NCBI GenBank assembly: GCA_963704655.1
Contig: OY969927.1
Location: 800,001 to 864,000 of the forward strand
Length of the DNA stretch: 64,000 bases
Direction of reading: 5' to 3'
Origin: an uncultured Candidatus Babeliaceae bacterium
GTDB lineage: Bacteria > Babelota > Babeliae > Babelales > Babelaceae
The notes below the pieces were generated by a model, which saw only the letters and a list, made by a program, of their open reading frames with translations, was not told the DNA's origin and searched no databases. A program made the position numbers and the translations under genes. Below are positions 50,291-59,292 of the stretch, piece after piece. The stretch's first letter is position 1; each line of letters opens with the position of its first letter.

Positions 50291-51949
50291 TACAGGTTTA
50301 TAGATCCAATCCTTTCGGTGCTCTTTTTTTTCAAAAGTTACTCTACCACTGTCGATTAAAGTTTGAAAAATATACTCATATTCTTTAGAACCACCCTTCA
50401 ACTTTTTTGAGGTAATAATTTGCGCCCACGTAACAGGTCTTTTTGAAGCAGCAGCCCATTTGCAAAGAGCTTCATGCATTATACGGCACTTCCGTTCATG
50501 CTCAGACTCTCCCAATTCTCCCTCAAAAAGCTGAATTGTGGACTGTATAGCGCGATGCAAGATCGCAAAAGCAGCCCAGAGGGCTTCCTCGCTTATATCT
50601 TTTGTAGTCGGATCTATAAAAAGCTGTATGATCATTGCTAACTTTAAAAGATACGGACTCCATCTTTTTAAGTATGGGTCTAAGATTTCTCGACTTCGGT
50701 CGCTATAAGCTTTTGGCATATCATTGATTTTTTTATGCATCGCTTCAAATACTGCTTTTGCAGAGCCTGCAAGAGGATTGAAGACGTAATTGTCACTTAT
50801 CGCATCTAAAACATCCATTATTTCTGCTTCAATTTCATGATCCGTTTTTTCTGTGTGGGCAGGCAAAGCAGGTGGAACTTCTTCTTGATGAGGTGGCGTA
50901 AAAATCAAAAAGCGGGCGAAAAATCCACTAGGGATATCCGTTATTTTAAGGTTATCTTGAATCCAAGGTAAAGTAGAAACGCCACATATGGAAAAGCAAG
51001 GGCGTTCTAATATACAATCGCCCTGTGTTTTGGTTTTATATCTATAAGATGGTGGAACATCATAAAGTTCGGTGAATATAGCTTTTAAATCATTATTATG
51101 GTTTTTATCAAAATTTTGTAACCATGCTCCAAATTCACTGGCAAGAATAACTCCTTGATGCCCTTGGCTTAGATGTTCGAGTAGGGCCTCTGCTGTCATT
51201 TTATTAGGCAAAATGACGTCTTGTCTTGAAATCGCAAGTATATCTTCCTCGATCATTTTTTTTTCTTTTGGATCTATTGTTATGCGGAGTGATGCATGTA
51301 ACTTTTTGATCTGATCAGTTATGATTTTATTTTTTACCCAAGCAAGGTTGGCCCCTTTATTAAGTGCCGTGCTCTTAAATTGTCCGCTTTTTGTGATGGA
51401 TAGTATCCATAAGTTAGGAAAAAGAGTTTGAAAATATGGGTATGAAACACGCTTTCCTAAAATAGCAGAGATTGTAGCCATCACAGACATTGTTATCATT
51501 ATTGGGTGCGCATTTGTTGTTTCGCAAATAGAGAGTATATAAGTACTGAGTGGAGGCGGTAGAAGCGATGGAGTAAAACCTTCGCAAGGATCGTCTTTTT
51601 TTTGACCAACCACAGACAATTTCTCGAGCTCTAAAGGTAGAAGATCATTCAAGCCGGCTTTGTCACAGAGTGAGTTAAATTCGGCTTGTTCATTTTCATT
51701 TAGCGGATGCGAATCATAAGTATACTCAGCGCCATCGCCCCAGTACATACATGTTAAGGATTCTTGATTATTTCTTAACGTAACTGATGCCATATACATA
51801 GCTGGTTTATTATAAGGTTGGGCTATATATTCGTAAGTATTACCATCTGGTGTGATCGGTCCATCTATGGCCAGATCATGTTCAGCCATATGTTGTCGAC
51901 ATTCTTCAAATAAATTACGTTTTTTTATGATATAATTAAGATTATTCAT
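50264..51949 (-). CDS. DUF3987/YfjI-like replication protein (helicase-like)
   Basis: NLWILSITKSGQFKST, TAEALL..L, SEFGAWL, GFFARFL. Confidence 0.8.
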   Translation of the reverse strand: MNNLNYIIKKRNLFEECRQHMAEHDLAIDGPITPDGNTYEYIAQPYNKPAMYMASVTLRNNQESLTCMYWGDGAEYTYDSHPLNENEQAEFNSLCDKAGLNDLLPLELEKLSVVGQKKDDPCEGFTPSLLPPPLSTYILSICETTNAHPIMITMSVMATISAILGKRVSYPYFQTLFPNLWILSITKSGQFKSTALNKGANLAWVKNKIITDQIKKLHASLRITIDPKEKKMIEEDILAISRQDVILPNKMTAEALLEHLSQGHQGVILASEFGAWLQNFDKNHNNDLKAIFTELYDVPPSYRYKTKTQGDCILERPCFSICGVSTLPWIQDNLKITDIPSGFFARFLIFTPPHQEEVPPALPAHTEKTDHEIEAEIMDVLDAISDNYVFNPLAGSAKAVFEAMHKKINDMPKAYSDRSREILDPYLKRWSPYLLKLAMIIQLFIDPTTKDISEEALWAAFAILHRAIQSTIQLFEGELGESEHERKCRIMHEALCKWAAASKRPVTWAQIITSKKLKGGSKEYEYIFQTLIDSGRVTFEKKEHRKDWIYKPVIVEVVEKS

Positions 51950-52011
51950 TAAAATCTCTTTTCGATTGAGGCCATCTTGGCATATGGTGGCCTTATTTTG
52001 TTATGGATATG

Positions 52012-52278
52012 TCAATTTCTAACAATTTCTTCAAACTTTGAAACCACCTCCCTCTCTATATGTTCCGCTACTTCTTTATTAATTGGGTAAAAAACATTGA
52101 GTCCTCCAGTGTGGTACTTTCTGGTCGGGTAAGTTAATCGGTATCCGCCACGAGGGCGAGTGAAGATACCTATCGCACTCATATAAAAACAGTCATTTAA
52201 AATGAAGCTTGCGAATCCTACTAAGCCATTTTGGGGTTTAACAGGTGTGATCCGGATATTGTTGATTTGATATTGCAT
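52012..52278 (-). CDS. SpoVG-like nucleic-acid-binding protein
   Basis: NIRITPV...GLVGFASFILND.FY...YRLTYPTRK...VFYPINKE. Confidence 0.75.
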   Translation of the reverse strand: MQYQINNIRITPVKPQNGLVGFASFILNDCFYMSAIGIFTRPRGGYRLTYPTRKYHTGGLNVFYPINKEVAEHIEREVVSKFEEIVRN

Positions 52279-52426
52279 ACGTTTTTCCTTTATTTACTTT
52301 TTGTTTTTGATCAAGTTCCATTAATGCTATAAACAGATCTGCAAGTTGCTTGCGCTCATCTGCTGATATCGGCTGTGTTCCTCGTGGAGGAATATGAATT
52401 TGCATTTTTAAGGATTTTTTAATCAT
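52238..52426 (-). CDS. Small hypothetical protein
   Basis: Short helical ORF overlapping the SpoVG-like gene, in the same operon. Confidence 0.45.
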   Translation of the reverse strand: MIKKSLKMQIHIPPRGTQPISADERKQLADLFIALMELDQKQKVNKGKTYAISNQQYPDHTC

Positions 52427-52580
52427 GGGGCTATTGTAACCCCATATGTTAGGCCTAAATTAGGTCTAACTAGACTTAATCCACAAAGCGTTGAATCGTG
52501 CGTGTGTGAAGGTATTTAAAGAAATTGTAATGATGGCTATAGCTAAGAAAACTTTAATTTTAGCCCAAAAAGTATCGAAT

Positions 52581-53756
52581 TTAAGGAAGATATATGGGAT
52601 TAATACGAACAAAAGACATATCAAAATCAAGAAAATCTTTTAAACCGCATTCTGCGAATAGTTTCTGATTTATGTGCACACAAGCATCGTACATTGCCTG
52701 CATACCATCATCTTCAGGAGCTGTTCCGACAATATCTTCATACAAATTTTTAAAATAGCGAGGCAGATTTCTGTTGTTATATTTTCCTGAGAGATCTTCG
52801 AGTATTTTTCCAGGGTATCCATAAGCAGATCTGGGGTTTTTATTAGATTTTTTTTTATCCATTAATGCGAAGTTACGAAATTTTGCTATTTTCCCTTGAC
52901 ATGAGAAATATCTCTTTTTAGGACAATAACTCCAATCTGTGATTTTAGTTTGCGGAATAGACATGGCGTGAATCAGCCTTTTTTGAGCATAAAGATGTAA
53001 CTGCTGCATATACATTTTAAAATAGCGTGGATTAAATCCTTGCTCGGGGAATTGAGTATCTTTTGTTGGGCCTATGGCCCGATTAAGAGCATTGTTGCGA
53101 ACGGTCAAGGTAAGGTCATAAATAGGGTGTTGCTTATGCGCAATGGCTTTTCGCTCTTTATGCTGTTTTTGATCGTAAATCCAGAGAAAGTCTGTGAGGT
53201 TATCAAGAACCCACCATTCACGCGTTAGTTTTATACGATTAAAATGGTTATTTTCCTCAGACAACTCATCTGTATTGATATCAAATGTTATAGGTTGCTG
53301 AAGATTAGCCTCGTCGATCCTAGCATGTTGCCGTATAAAAGGACGATGATCTACTCTTGTGTCTCGTAACAAGAACTTAAAAATATTTATTAATATCGTT
53401 AGTTGCATGAAAAAAGCTACAACAGAAAGATCTTGTTTGATCCAAGGCAGCGAATTAATAATATTTGGATCATTTATATTTTTTTCCTTGATGTAAGCTT
53501 GCAGACTCTTACAGATTGACGAAGTTTTTCTAAATAACTTTTTCAGCAGAGAATTGAGTGGAGCAAAATCACCATGTCTGCTATTCCATATCTCGTTGGC
53601 TATTGGAACGAGTACTGGATCGGTTATGAATAATTGAGTAAACCTAGCAATTTTTGGGGCTGAAATTTCGATACTGTCGACATCCATGTATTCGCAAAGT
53701 ACGCCTAATTCCTCTAGAAGTATCTTTTCTGGGTTCATATTATTCTTGATATACAA
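52581..53756 (-). CDS. Hypothetical protein with a possible C-terminal winged helix (element regulator)
   Basis: C-terminal AMYDACVHINQKL...LKDFL...VRINP. Confidence 0.6.
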   Translation of the reverse strand: MYIKNNMNPEKILLEELGVLCEYMDVDSIEISAPKIARFTQLFITDPVLVPIANEIWNSRHGDFAPLNSLLKKLFRKTSSICKSLQAYIKEKNINDPNIINSLPWIKQDLSVVAFFMQLTILINIFKFLLRDTRVDHRPFIRQHARIDEANLQQPITFDINTDELSEENNHFNRIKLTREWWVLDNLTDFLWIYDQKQHKERKAIAHKQHPIYDLTLTVRNNALNRAIGPTKDTQFPEQGFNPRYFKMYMQQLHLYAQKRLIHAMSIPQTKITDWSYCPKKRYFSCQGKIAKFRNFALMDKKKSNKNPRSAYGYPGKILEDLSGKYNNRNLPRYFKNLYEDIVGTAPEDDGMQAMYDACVHINQKLFAECGLKDFLDFDMSFVRINPIYLP

Positions 53757-53960
53757 CTTTTATGGTTTTACATTTTTAATTTCAACAAAAAGGATACAGT
53801 ATATTTTGATCTAACACATAATTTATTTGCAGAAAATCATCAGGTTTTGCCGTTAGCAGCAATTATTTTTTTAAGCTATTGCTGGTAGGAACAGACGAAT
53901 GGCGTAGATTATGCTATTTTCTATAAAAGAGTTGGTGAAATATTCCGATAGGGCACACCA

Positions 53961-54080
53961 TCCTGCGCCTATTCCAGCCGTCGCTGCCATGCAGCTGTGG
54001 CGGACAGGCCAGGCCAATTCACAGCCGAAGTGTGACAAAGCCTTGGCAGAGACGTATTGGCAAGCTACGCCAGACATGGT
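53961..54080. repeat. GC-rich REP-like cluster just outside the right attachment site
   Basis: GC-rich hairpin-prone tract; aagctacgccagaca resembles aagttatgcccggcaca at ~39660. Confidence 0.4.
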
Positions 54081-54180
54081 AATCTTAAAATAAACTCAAT
54101 TTTGTTGTTTTTAAGATAAAGCGCTCAGCGCACCATGCAGCTTATCTTCAGAAACAACTTTCATTAAATCGGTAAAAACT

Positions 54181-55137
54181 ATGAATATCCATAAAAAGGC
54201 TATAATATTTTTTTCTTTTATAATCTATCTCGGTACAGCTTCAAGGCTTTTATCTTATAATGAAGATTCTTGCTATGCATTACATCGCTTGGTTGACCGA
54301 CTTGAAGACACTCCAGAATCCGTCAAAATTCTGCGGCCAATTGTTCATAATTTTATAAAGCAAATAGATGGCGATCCAAATATCATGCTTTATACCGGTC
54401 ATGGCAGTAAGTTTTATTTAGGTGGGGCTCTTATGCAGGCCATCAAAAAAAACAAGATCCATTTGGCTTATCTTCTTGCAGAGTGTCAACCAGACTATGA
54501 CGTACGTGGCAATAATGATGATGGCTGCGAATTGAACATACTGCATTTTTGTGCTAAATATTTGCCCAATTCAGATCAATCAGTGGCATTGATTAATCAT
54601 ATAATGACTCACAGCAACTTAAAAGTTATGATGGAGTTGCTTACAGATAGTAAGCGATGGCAAAGAGCAGAGATTATACTTCCAGTTGATCTTGCAGAAA
54701 AATACCATAATGATAAAATTGCAGCGTACTTTAGAAAAGGAAAAACTATGCTGTTCGGTTATACTATTATATATGTTCAAAATGTCGAAGAAACCCTTCA
54801 ATTTTATCAAAAAGCTTTTTCTTGTAAAATAAAATTTTTCGCTGAAAGTAAACTTTATGGCGAGCTTGAAACAGGCACAACCATTTTGGCATTTTGTGAT
54901 GAATCATTCTGTATGAAAAATGGGTTGGAGTTTACCAAAAATAGATCAAACACAACTTGCGCAGGCTTTGAAATCGGGTTCATGGCCGATGATGTTCATG
55001 CAGCATATAAACTTGCTATTGCACAAGGTGCACAACCATTAAAAGAGCCTGCTCAAAAGCCGTGGGGACAGATTGTAGCATATATTAAAGACCTTAATGG
55101 TATTATTATCGAAATCTGCAATCCGATAAATTATTAA
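54181..55137 (+). CDS. Signal peptide and degenerate ankyrin-like region fused to a VOC/glyoxalase domain
   Basis: GALMQAI, NILHFCA, LPVDLA; then YTIIYVQNV...KPWGQIVAYIKDLNGIIIEI. Confidence 0.75.
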   Translation: MNIHKKAIIFFSFIIYLGTASRLLSYNEDSCYALHRLVDRLEDTPESVKILRPIVHNFIKQIDGDPNIMLYTGHGSKFYLGGALMQAIKKNKIHLAYLLAECQPDYDVRGNNDDGCELNILHFCAKYLPNSDQSVALINHIMTHSNLKVMMELLTDSKRWQRAEIILPVDLAEKYHNDKIAAYFRKGKTMLFGYTIIYVQNVEETLQFYQKAFSCKIKFFAESKLYGELETGTTILAFCDESFCMKNGLEFTKNRSNTTCAGFEIGFMADDVHAAYKLAIAQGAQPLKEPAQKPWGQIVAYIKDLNGIIIEICNPINY

Positions 55138-55246
55138 AAGTTTTTCAAAAATTGCCTATAAAAATTTTTTTTTCACATATTCTAGCACATTTGCTATTAT
55201 TGACTATTATACATTCGCCCATATAAGCTTTAATTAAAATACAATA

Positions 55247-57163
55247 ATGGACACACACGTAAGGGGATTGGGAATGGTTAATAACGCCTTTAAATTATTA
55301 ATACCGTTGGTATTATCAGTATTTGCTCCACATGTATGCTGCTCTGAAAATAGGGGTCCAGAATCAGAATATGATTATGCGGTATGGATTTTAAATGGGC
55401 TTTCAACAAACCCAGAAGCATCTCAGGAAATGATAAGTAGAGTAGAAAATACATTTTTGCGGACAAGAGATAAATATTCTGACGCGCGCAGAATGTTAAT
55501 AAAAGTTGCAAGCTTACAAAATGATCCAGATAAACAGATTCGATATGCTCAAGATTCTGTAGAACACGGAAACCCTGGCGATAACTTGTATATCGCTAGA
55601 GCTTATGAGAAAAAAAAGAATTATAAAAAAACCCAAGAATACCTTGAAAAAACTATCGCATCCGGGAGCACCTATATAAACACAGCTCGCGTCGAGTTAG
55701 CTGTATTGCTGTTTCAAGGAAAGGGTGGGCCAAAGGATATTTATCGTGCACAAAAATATCTCCAAGATGCAGCCAATGATAATTCTCTTCAAGGTAAATT
55801 TAATTTAGCAATGAGCTATGTTAATGGCCCTAAGGAGCTACCTAAAGATCCTGAAACCGCCTACAAAATCTTGTCTGAGGTAATAAAAATCCCAATTCAA
55901 AATATTGAAAAATCTGAAATGGAATATTATTTTGAGGCATATGCACAGCTAGGATTGATTATTGAAAAGGGGTTTAAAGGTTACAAACCGGATCCAGCAA
56001 GAGCATATAGCTATTTTAAAAAATTGCAGGAATTAGGTAACGGAATGGGCACAGTTCATTGTGCGCGCTTAATCATTTCAAAAAAGGTTCCCGGAGATAT
56101 CAATAGCGCAAAAGCTGATCTTAAAAAGCTTGCTGATGATGGCATGCCTTTTGCAAAATTCATATACAGCTCAATACTCATTTCTGAAGGGCAGCAAGAT
56201 GAGGGTATCCGCTTGCTGGATGATTCGTATACAAGAAATCAACAAATTTTACCTGTGGGAATGCTTCAGCTTGCAATAGCCTATCACTATGGCATTGGCG
56301 TAGAAAAAGATGAGCAAAAAACGCTGGAATTACTTGAAAAAATAAATAATGACCCTGATGATAGATGGCGATCTTTATTTCTTGCACGAGCCTATATGCG
56401 CTTTTTGGGCTTAGGGGTAAAAAAGGATATTAAAAAAGTTAATGAACTCTTAGAAAAAGCAAATGAAAAATCTGATGACGTATATTTAGATACGTATCAG
56501 TTATTTCCTTCATTAAAAAGTTTAATAGAGGAACAAGCGCAAAAATTGCTTAAAGAAGAAGAGCTCGAAAAAAGCAAGAAAAAGGGCAAGAAAAAAGCGG
56601 TCATTGAGCAAGAGGAGCCTATTTTGGCAGGTGAATCTTCGACAGCTTCAACTTCTGGGCAAGAAGCTCAAGAGAGTTTTATAACTATTGCCGAATGGAA
56701 GAAGATATTCAAGGCCTCAGATGACGGAAGCTTTGTAAGCGCCATAGACCCGGTTCTAAAAATGATTACTATTCAAGACCCTCAACGTCATGAAGAGCTT
56801 ATAGTATATGCTGCAGAAAATAGATTCCGGGATCTCTCTGAAATTGAATATTTAAAAATTGCCACATGGGCCTTAATAAGGCAGGGAATAAAAAAACCGA
56901 AAAAAATCGAACATGCACCTACTGCAAGTCAAGAATATAACCATTCATTTGCAGATATGCTTGACTACGCTATTCAATACGCTGGCCAGTTAGTACCCTG
57001 GGTAAAAGCGGGCTCTGCTGACCCAGAAGACCAGCTGACGGTTGATGTTATCCGCAAAAATACCAAAACGGGCAAAGAATTATCATGCAGAGCAGAATAT
57101 ACCTTTGGCCAAAATGGCGTGTATCACCGACTTTTACGGCCGTTAAAAGAGAGAAATCAATAA
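55247..57163 (+). CDS. Secreted SEL1-repeat protein, paralog of 37554..39413
   Basis: GKGGPKD, GMLQLAIAYHYGIGVEKD, CRAEYTFG..GVYHRLLRP. Confidence 0.85.
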   Translation: MDTHVRGLGMVNNAFKLLIPLVLSVFAPHVCCSENRGPESEYDYAVWILNGLSTNPEASQEMISRVENTFLRTRDKYSDARRMLIKVASLQNDPDKQIRYAQDSVEHGNPGDNLYIARAYEKKKNYKKTQEYLEKTIASGSTYINTARVELAVLLFQGKGGPKDIYRAQKYLQDAANDNSLQGKFNLAMSYVNGPKELPKDPETAYKILSEVIKIPIQNIEKSEMEYYFEAYAQLGLIIEKGFKGYKPDPARAYSYFKKLQELGNGMGTVHCARLIISKKVPGDINSAKADLKKLADDGMPFAKFIYSSILISEGQQDEGIRLLDDSYTRNQQILPVGMLQLAIAYHYGIGVEKDEQKTLELLEKINNDPDDRWRSLFLARAYMRFLGLGVKKDIKKVNELLEKANEKSDDVYLDTYQLFPSLKSLIEEQAQKLLKEEELEKSKKKGKKKAVIEQEEPILAGESSTASTSGQEAQESFITIAEWKKIFKASDDGSFVSAIDPVLKMITIQDPQRHEELIVYAAENRFRDLSEIEYLKIATWALIRQGIKKPKKIEHAPTASQEYNHSFADMLDYAIQYAGQLVPWVKAGSADPEDQLTVDVIRKNTKTGKELSCRAEYTFGQNGVYHRLLRPLKERNQ

Positions 57164-57441
57164 ATTAAGCACAGTTTGTTGTTACAAGGAATATGTTTTA
57201 TGTATTTTATAGTTATTTTTTTTCAGTTATTGCTATTTGTTTATCATCAAATAACAACGTTAGTAGATTTGTATATACAGAATGTTATTCTCGTACCATC
57301 AAAGTTTTGCCTCCCATCAAAGACAACCCTATCCCAGATCTTAATCATTGTATCTTGCACACAATAGCACTAATTACTACAATTTTAACGTTGTATTACG
57401 TATTTAATTTTTAAAATAAAGACATATATTCAGATAAGGCA

Positions 57442-57472
57442 CGCCCGTCATTTCACACAGAAATGACGGGCG
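57442..57472. terminator. Strong hairpin between convergent genes
   Basis: cgcccgtcatttc-acaca-gaaatgacgggcg, 13-bp stem. Confidence 0.65.
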
Positions 57473-57491
57473 GCAAATCTTATATTTATTT

Positions 57492-59135
57492 TTAAACCGG
57501 TACAATATCAGTAATAGATTTTGCAATTTCAGAACGGGAGCTTGAAAGAAATTCATAAAATTCTTTCCCCTCAAATTCCTTAAGTGCTTGTTCTATTTTA
57601 TACAAACGGCGCCAAAGATCGTCTATTTTACCTGTTTCTTTAGACATCTCTCTGTTGTGAACGGCGTCTAAGGCTTCTGAAAGTTTAAGTAATTCAAATG
57701 CATTATTTTGCGCCTTTTCAACATCCTCTAAGGTGATATTTTTATTATCAAAAATAGTTAAAATATTATTAATTTTTGATTTTCTTTGCTCAAAAGTGGT
57801 AGATATATTTTCTCCTTTTGAAATCTTTAAACCGTCATGTAATCTATCTGCACGATCTCTTAATTTTTTAAAATCCGGCGTAGCAGGCTTACTTCCAGGA
57901 CTAAAGATTGAAAAGGGGTTGAACGACCAAGTAGTTTTTTCTGATTGTTGAATATCCTGCAAAACCTTCAAGGCTTTTTCAATTCGGCCAACTGCTATTA
58001 ATGACATATAAAGTTTTTCAACTTCAGTAATTTTAGCTTGAGGGTTATTTAAAAGTCCTAATGATGGTTCAATTTCATATAAAATTAGTTGAAGCGCTTC
58101 ACCCAGCCCTTTTTCTTGATAGCGCCCATTACTATAATTTTTAATAGCTTCTAAACCATCATAAAGCTTACCTAGTTGGTCTTCCAACTTGGAAAGACTT
58201 TCAGTATTCTTAAGATGTTCCCTAAAAGGATGCGACATACGGTTGGCAAAAGCTCTGTTGCTATCAATGTTTCTGGAAATTTTTAAAGCTTTTTCTGCAG
58301 TAGCATGTGCTGTTTTTATTTTTTCCATTGTAGCAACTGTAGGATTTTCAAAGTAAGAGCCGACCGTTTTGAGCTGATTTACGTATTCATCAAGCTTTTG
58401 TTCTTGTTCTATTATAATTTTATTTATGTCACCAATTTTCTCAGACGGTGAACGATAACTTTTTTGCCTACTATATAAAGCTGACCACGCTCCTTTGACA
58501 GATTCGCTTAATGGAGAAGCTTCACCTTTTAATGCATCAAGCCCTTCAACTATAGTACGTAATTTCCACATCTGCTCTTCTGCTTGTTTTATTTCTTCAA
58601 GCGTTGCGCTTTTATTGTTTAATACAGCATTAGCCTTATTGATTTTTGCTTGAATATTAAAGTTCTCCTCAGATAAATTCCCAGTCGTTGAACCTTTACC
58701 CATTCCAGCCTTAGCTTCATTTGCTTTTTGATAGCTTGTAGATGACCCTTGTTTCGATGAATCCCCGGCCTTAGTCCAAGCACCCATACTTTCTTGGGTA
58801 AAGGGCGCCTCTTGATTAATCATTTCTAGTAATGGGCTTTTTGGATCACGAGAAATAATGAATTTTTTAGTTTCTTCAAGCGTTTGCCAGTCCTTTTGCC
58901 TCATCGCATTTCTTGCCCGATCAAGAATTTTTTGGTCCATTTCACTAAGTTCTTTCTTGGCCCCAGGCATAGTTGAAGCATATCGTAGCTGACCCATCGG
59001 CCTATTCCAAAAATTGCTCACCCGAGTTCTTCCCAATACATAGGCACGCCTCCAAATATTAGAAGCTTGAGCAGCCGAAAGCTCAGGAATAACCATAAGC
59101 ATTAACAACAACGTAACGTATAAAGACTTTTGCAT
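57492..59135 (-). CDS. Secreted helical-repeat protein with a mitochondrial-presequence-like segment
   Basis: Signal peptide, then an Arg-rich acid-free stretch ending LRYAST; internal repeat LNNKSATLEEIKQA / FDNKNITLEDVEKA. Confidence 0.75.
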   Translation of the reverse strand: MQKSLYVTLLLMLMVIPELSAAQASNIWRRAYVLGRTRVSNFWNRPMGQLRYASTMPGAKKELSEMDQKILDRARNAMRQKDWQTLEETKKFIISRDPKSPLLEMINQEAPFTQESMGAWTKAGDSSKQGSSTSYQKANEAKAGMGKGSTTGNLSEENFNIQAKINKANAVLNNKSATLEEIKQAEEQMWKLRTIVEGLDALKGEASPLSESVKGAWSALYSRQKSYRSPSEKIGDINKIIIEQEQKLDEYVNQLKTVGSYFENPTVATMEKIKTAHATAEKALKISRNIDSNRAFANRMSHPFREHLKNTESLSKLEDQLGKLYDGLEAIKNYSNGRYQEKGLGEALQLILYEIEPSLGLLNNPQAKITEVEKLYMSLIAVGRIEKALKVLQDIQQSEKTTWSFNPFSIFSPGSKPATPDFKKLRDRADRLHDGLKISKGENISTTFEQRKSKINNILTIFDNKNITLEDVEKAQNNAFELLKLSEALDAVHNREMSKETGKIDDLWRRLYKIEQALKEFEGKEFYEFLSSSRSEIAKSITDIVPV

Positions 59136-59292
59136 ATTCCGCCCCTCATTTAGCCGGTATAGAAAAAATTAATTCTTAATAAGATTTTATTAACCATGAG
59201 CATGGAAAGTCAATAATGCTTTATAAACTCAAATTCAAATTATTATGTTATTATTTTGTAAAACAGAAAGAACACAAAGTTAAAGTGCCTGT

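Larger units (their letters stand above)
39796..53960. mobile_element. Integrative element (phage satellite/PICI-like) inserted at the 3' end of tRNA-Arg
   Basis: GGGCACACCA direct repeat at 39796-39805 and 53951-53960; adjacent recombinase; DUF3987, HGGxSTG, SpoVG-like and RHH-like genes. Confidence 0.85.

Noticed and set aside
53871-54093. Stand-alone ORFs spanning the right attachment site
   Set aside because: They cross the att junction and the REP-like tract. Only 53871-53950 is meaningful, as the predicted attP tail of the integrase.
57176-57414. Short ORFs after the SEL1 gene
   Set aside because: Overlapping low-complexity AT-rich ORFs with no recognisable motif; coding status unsupported.
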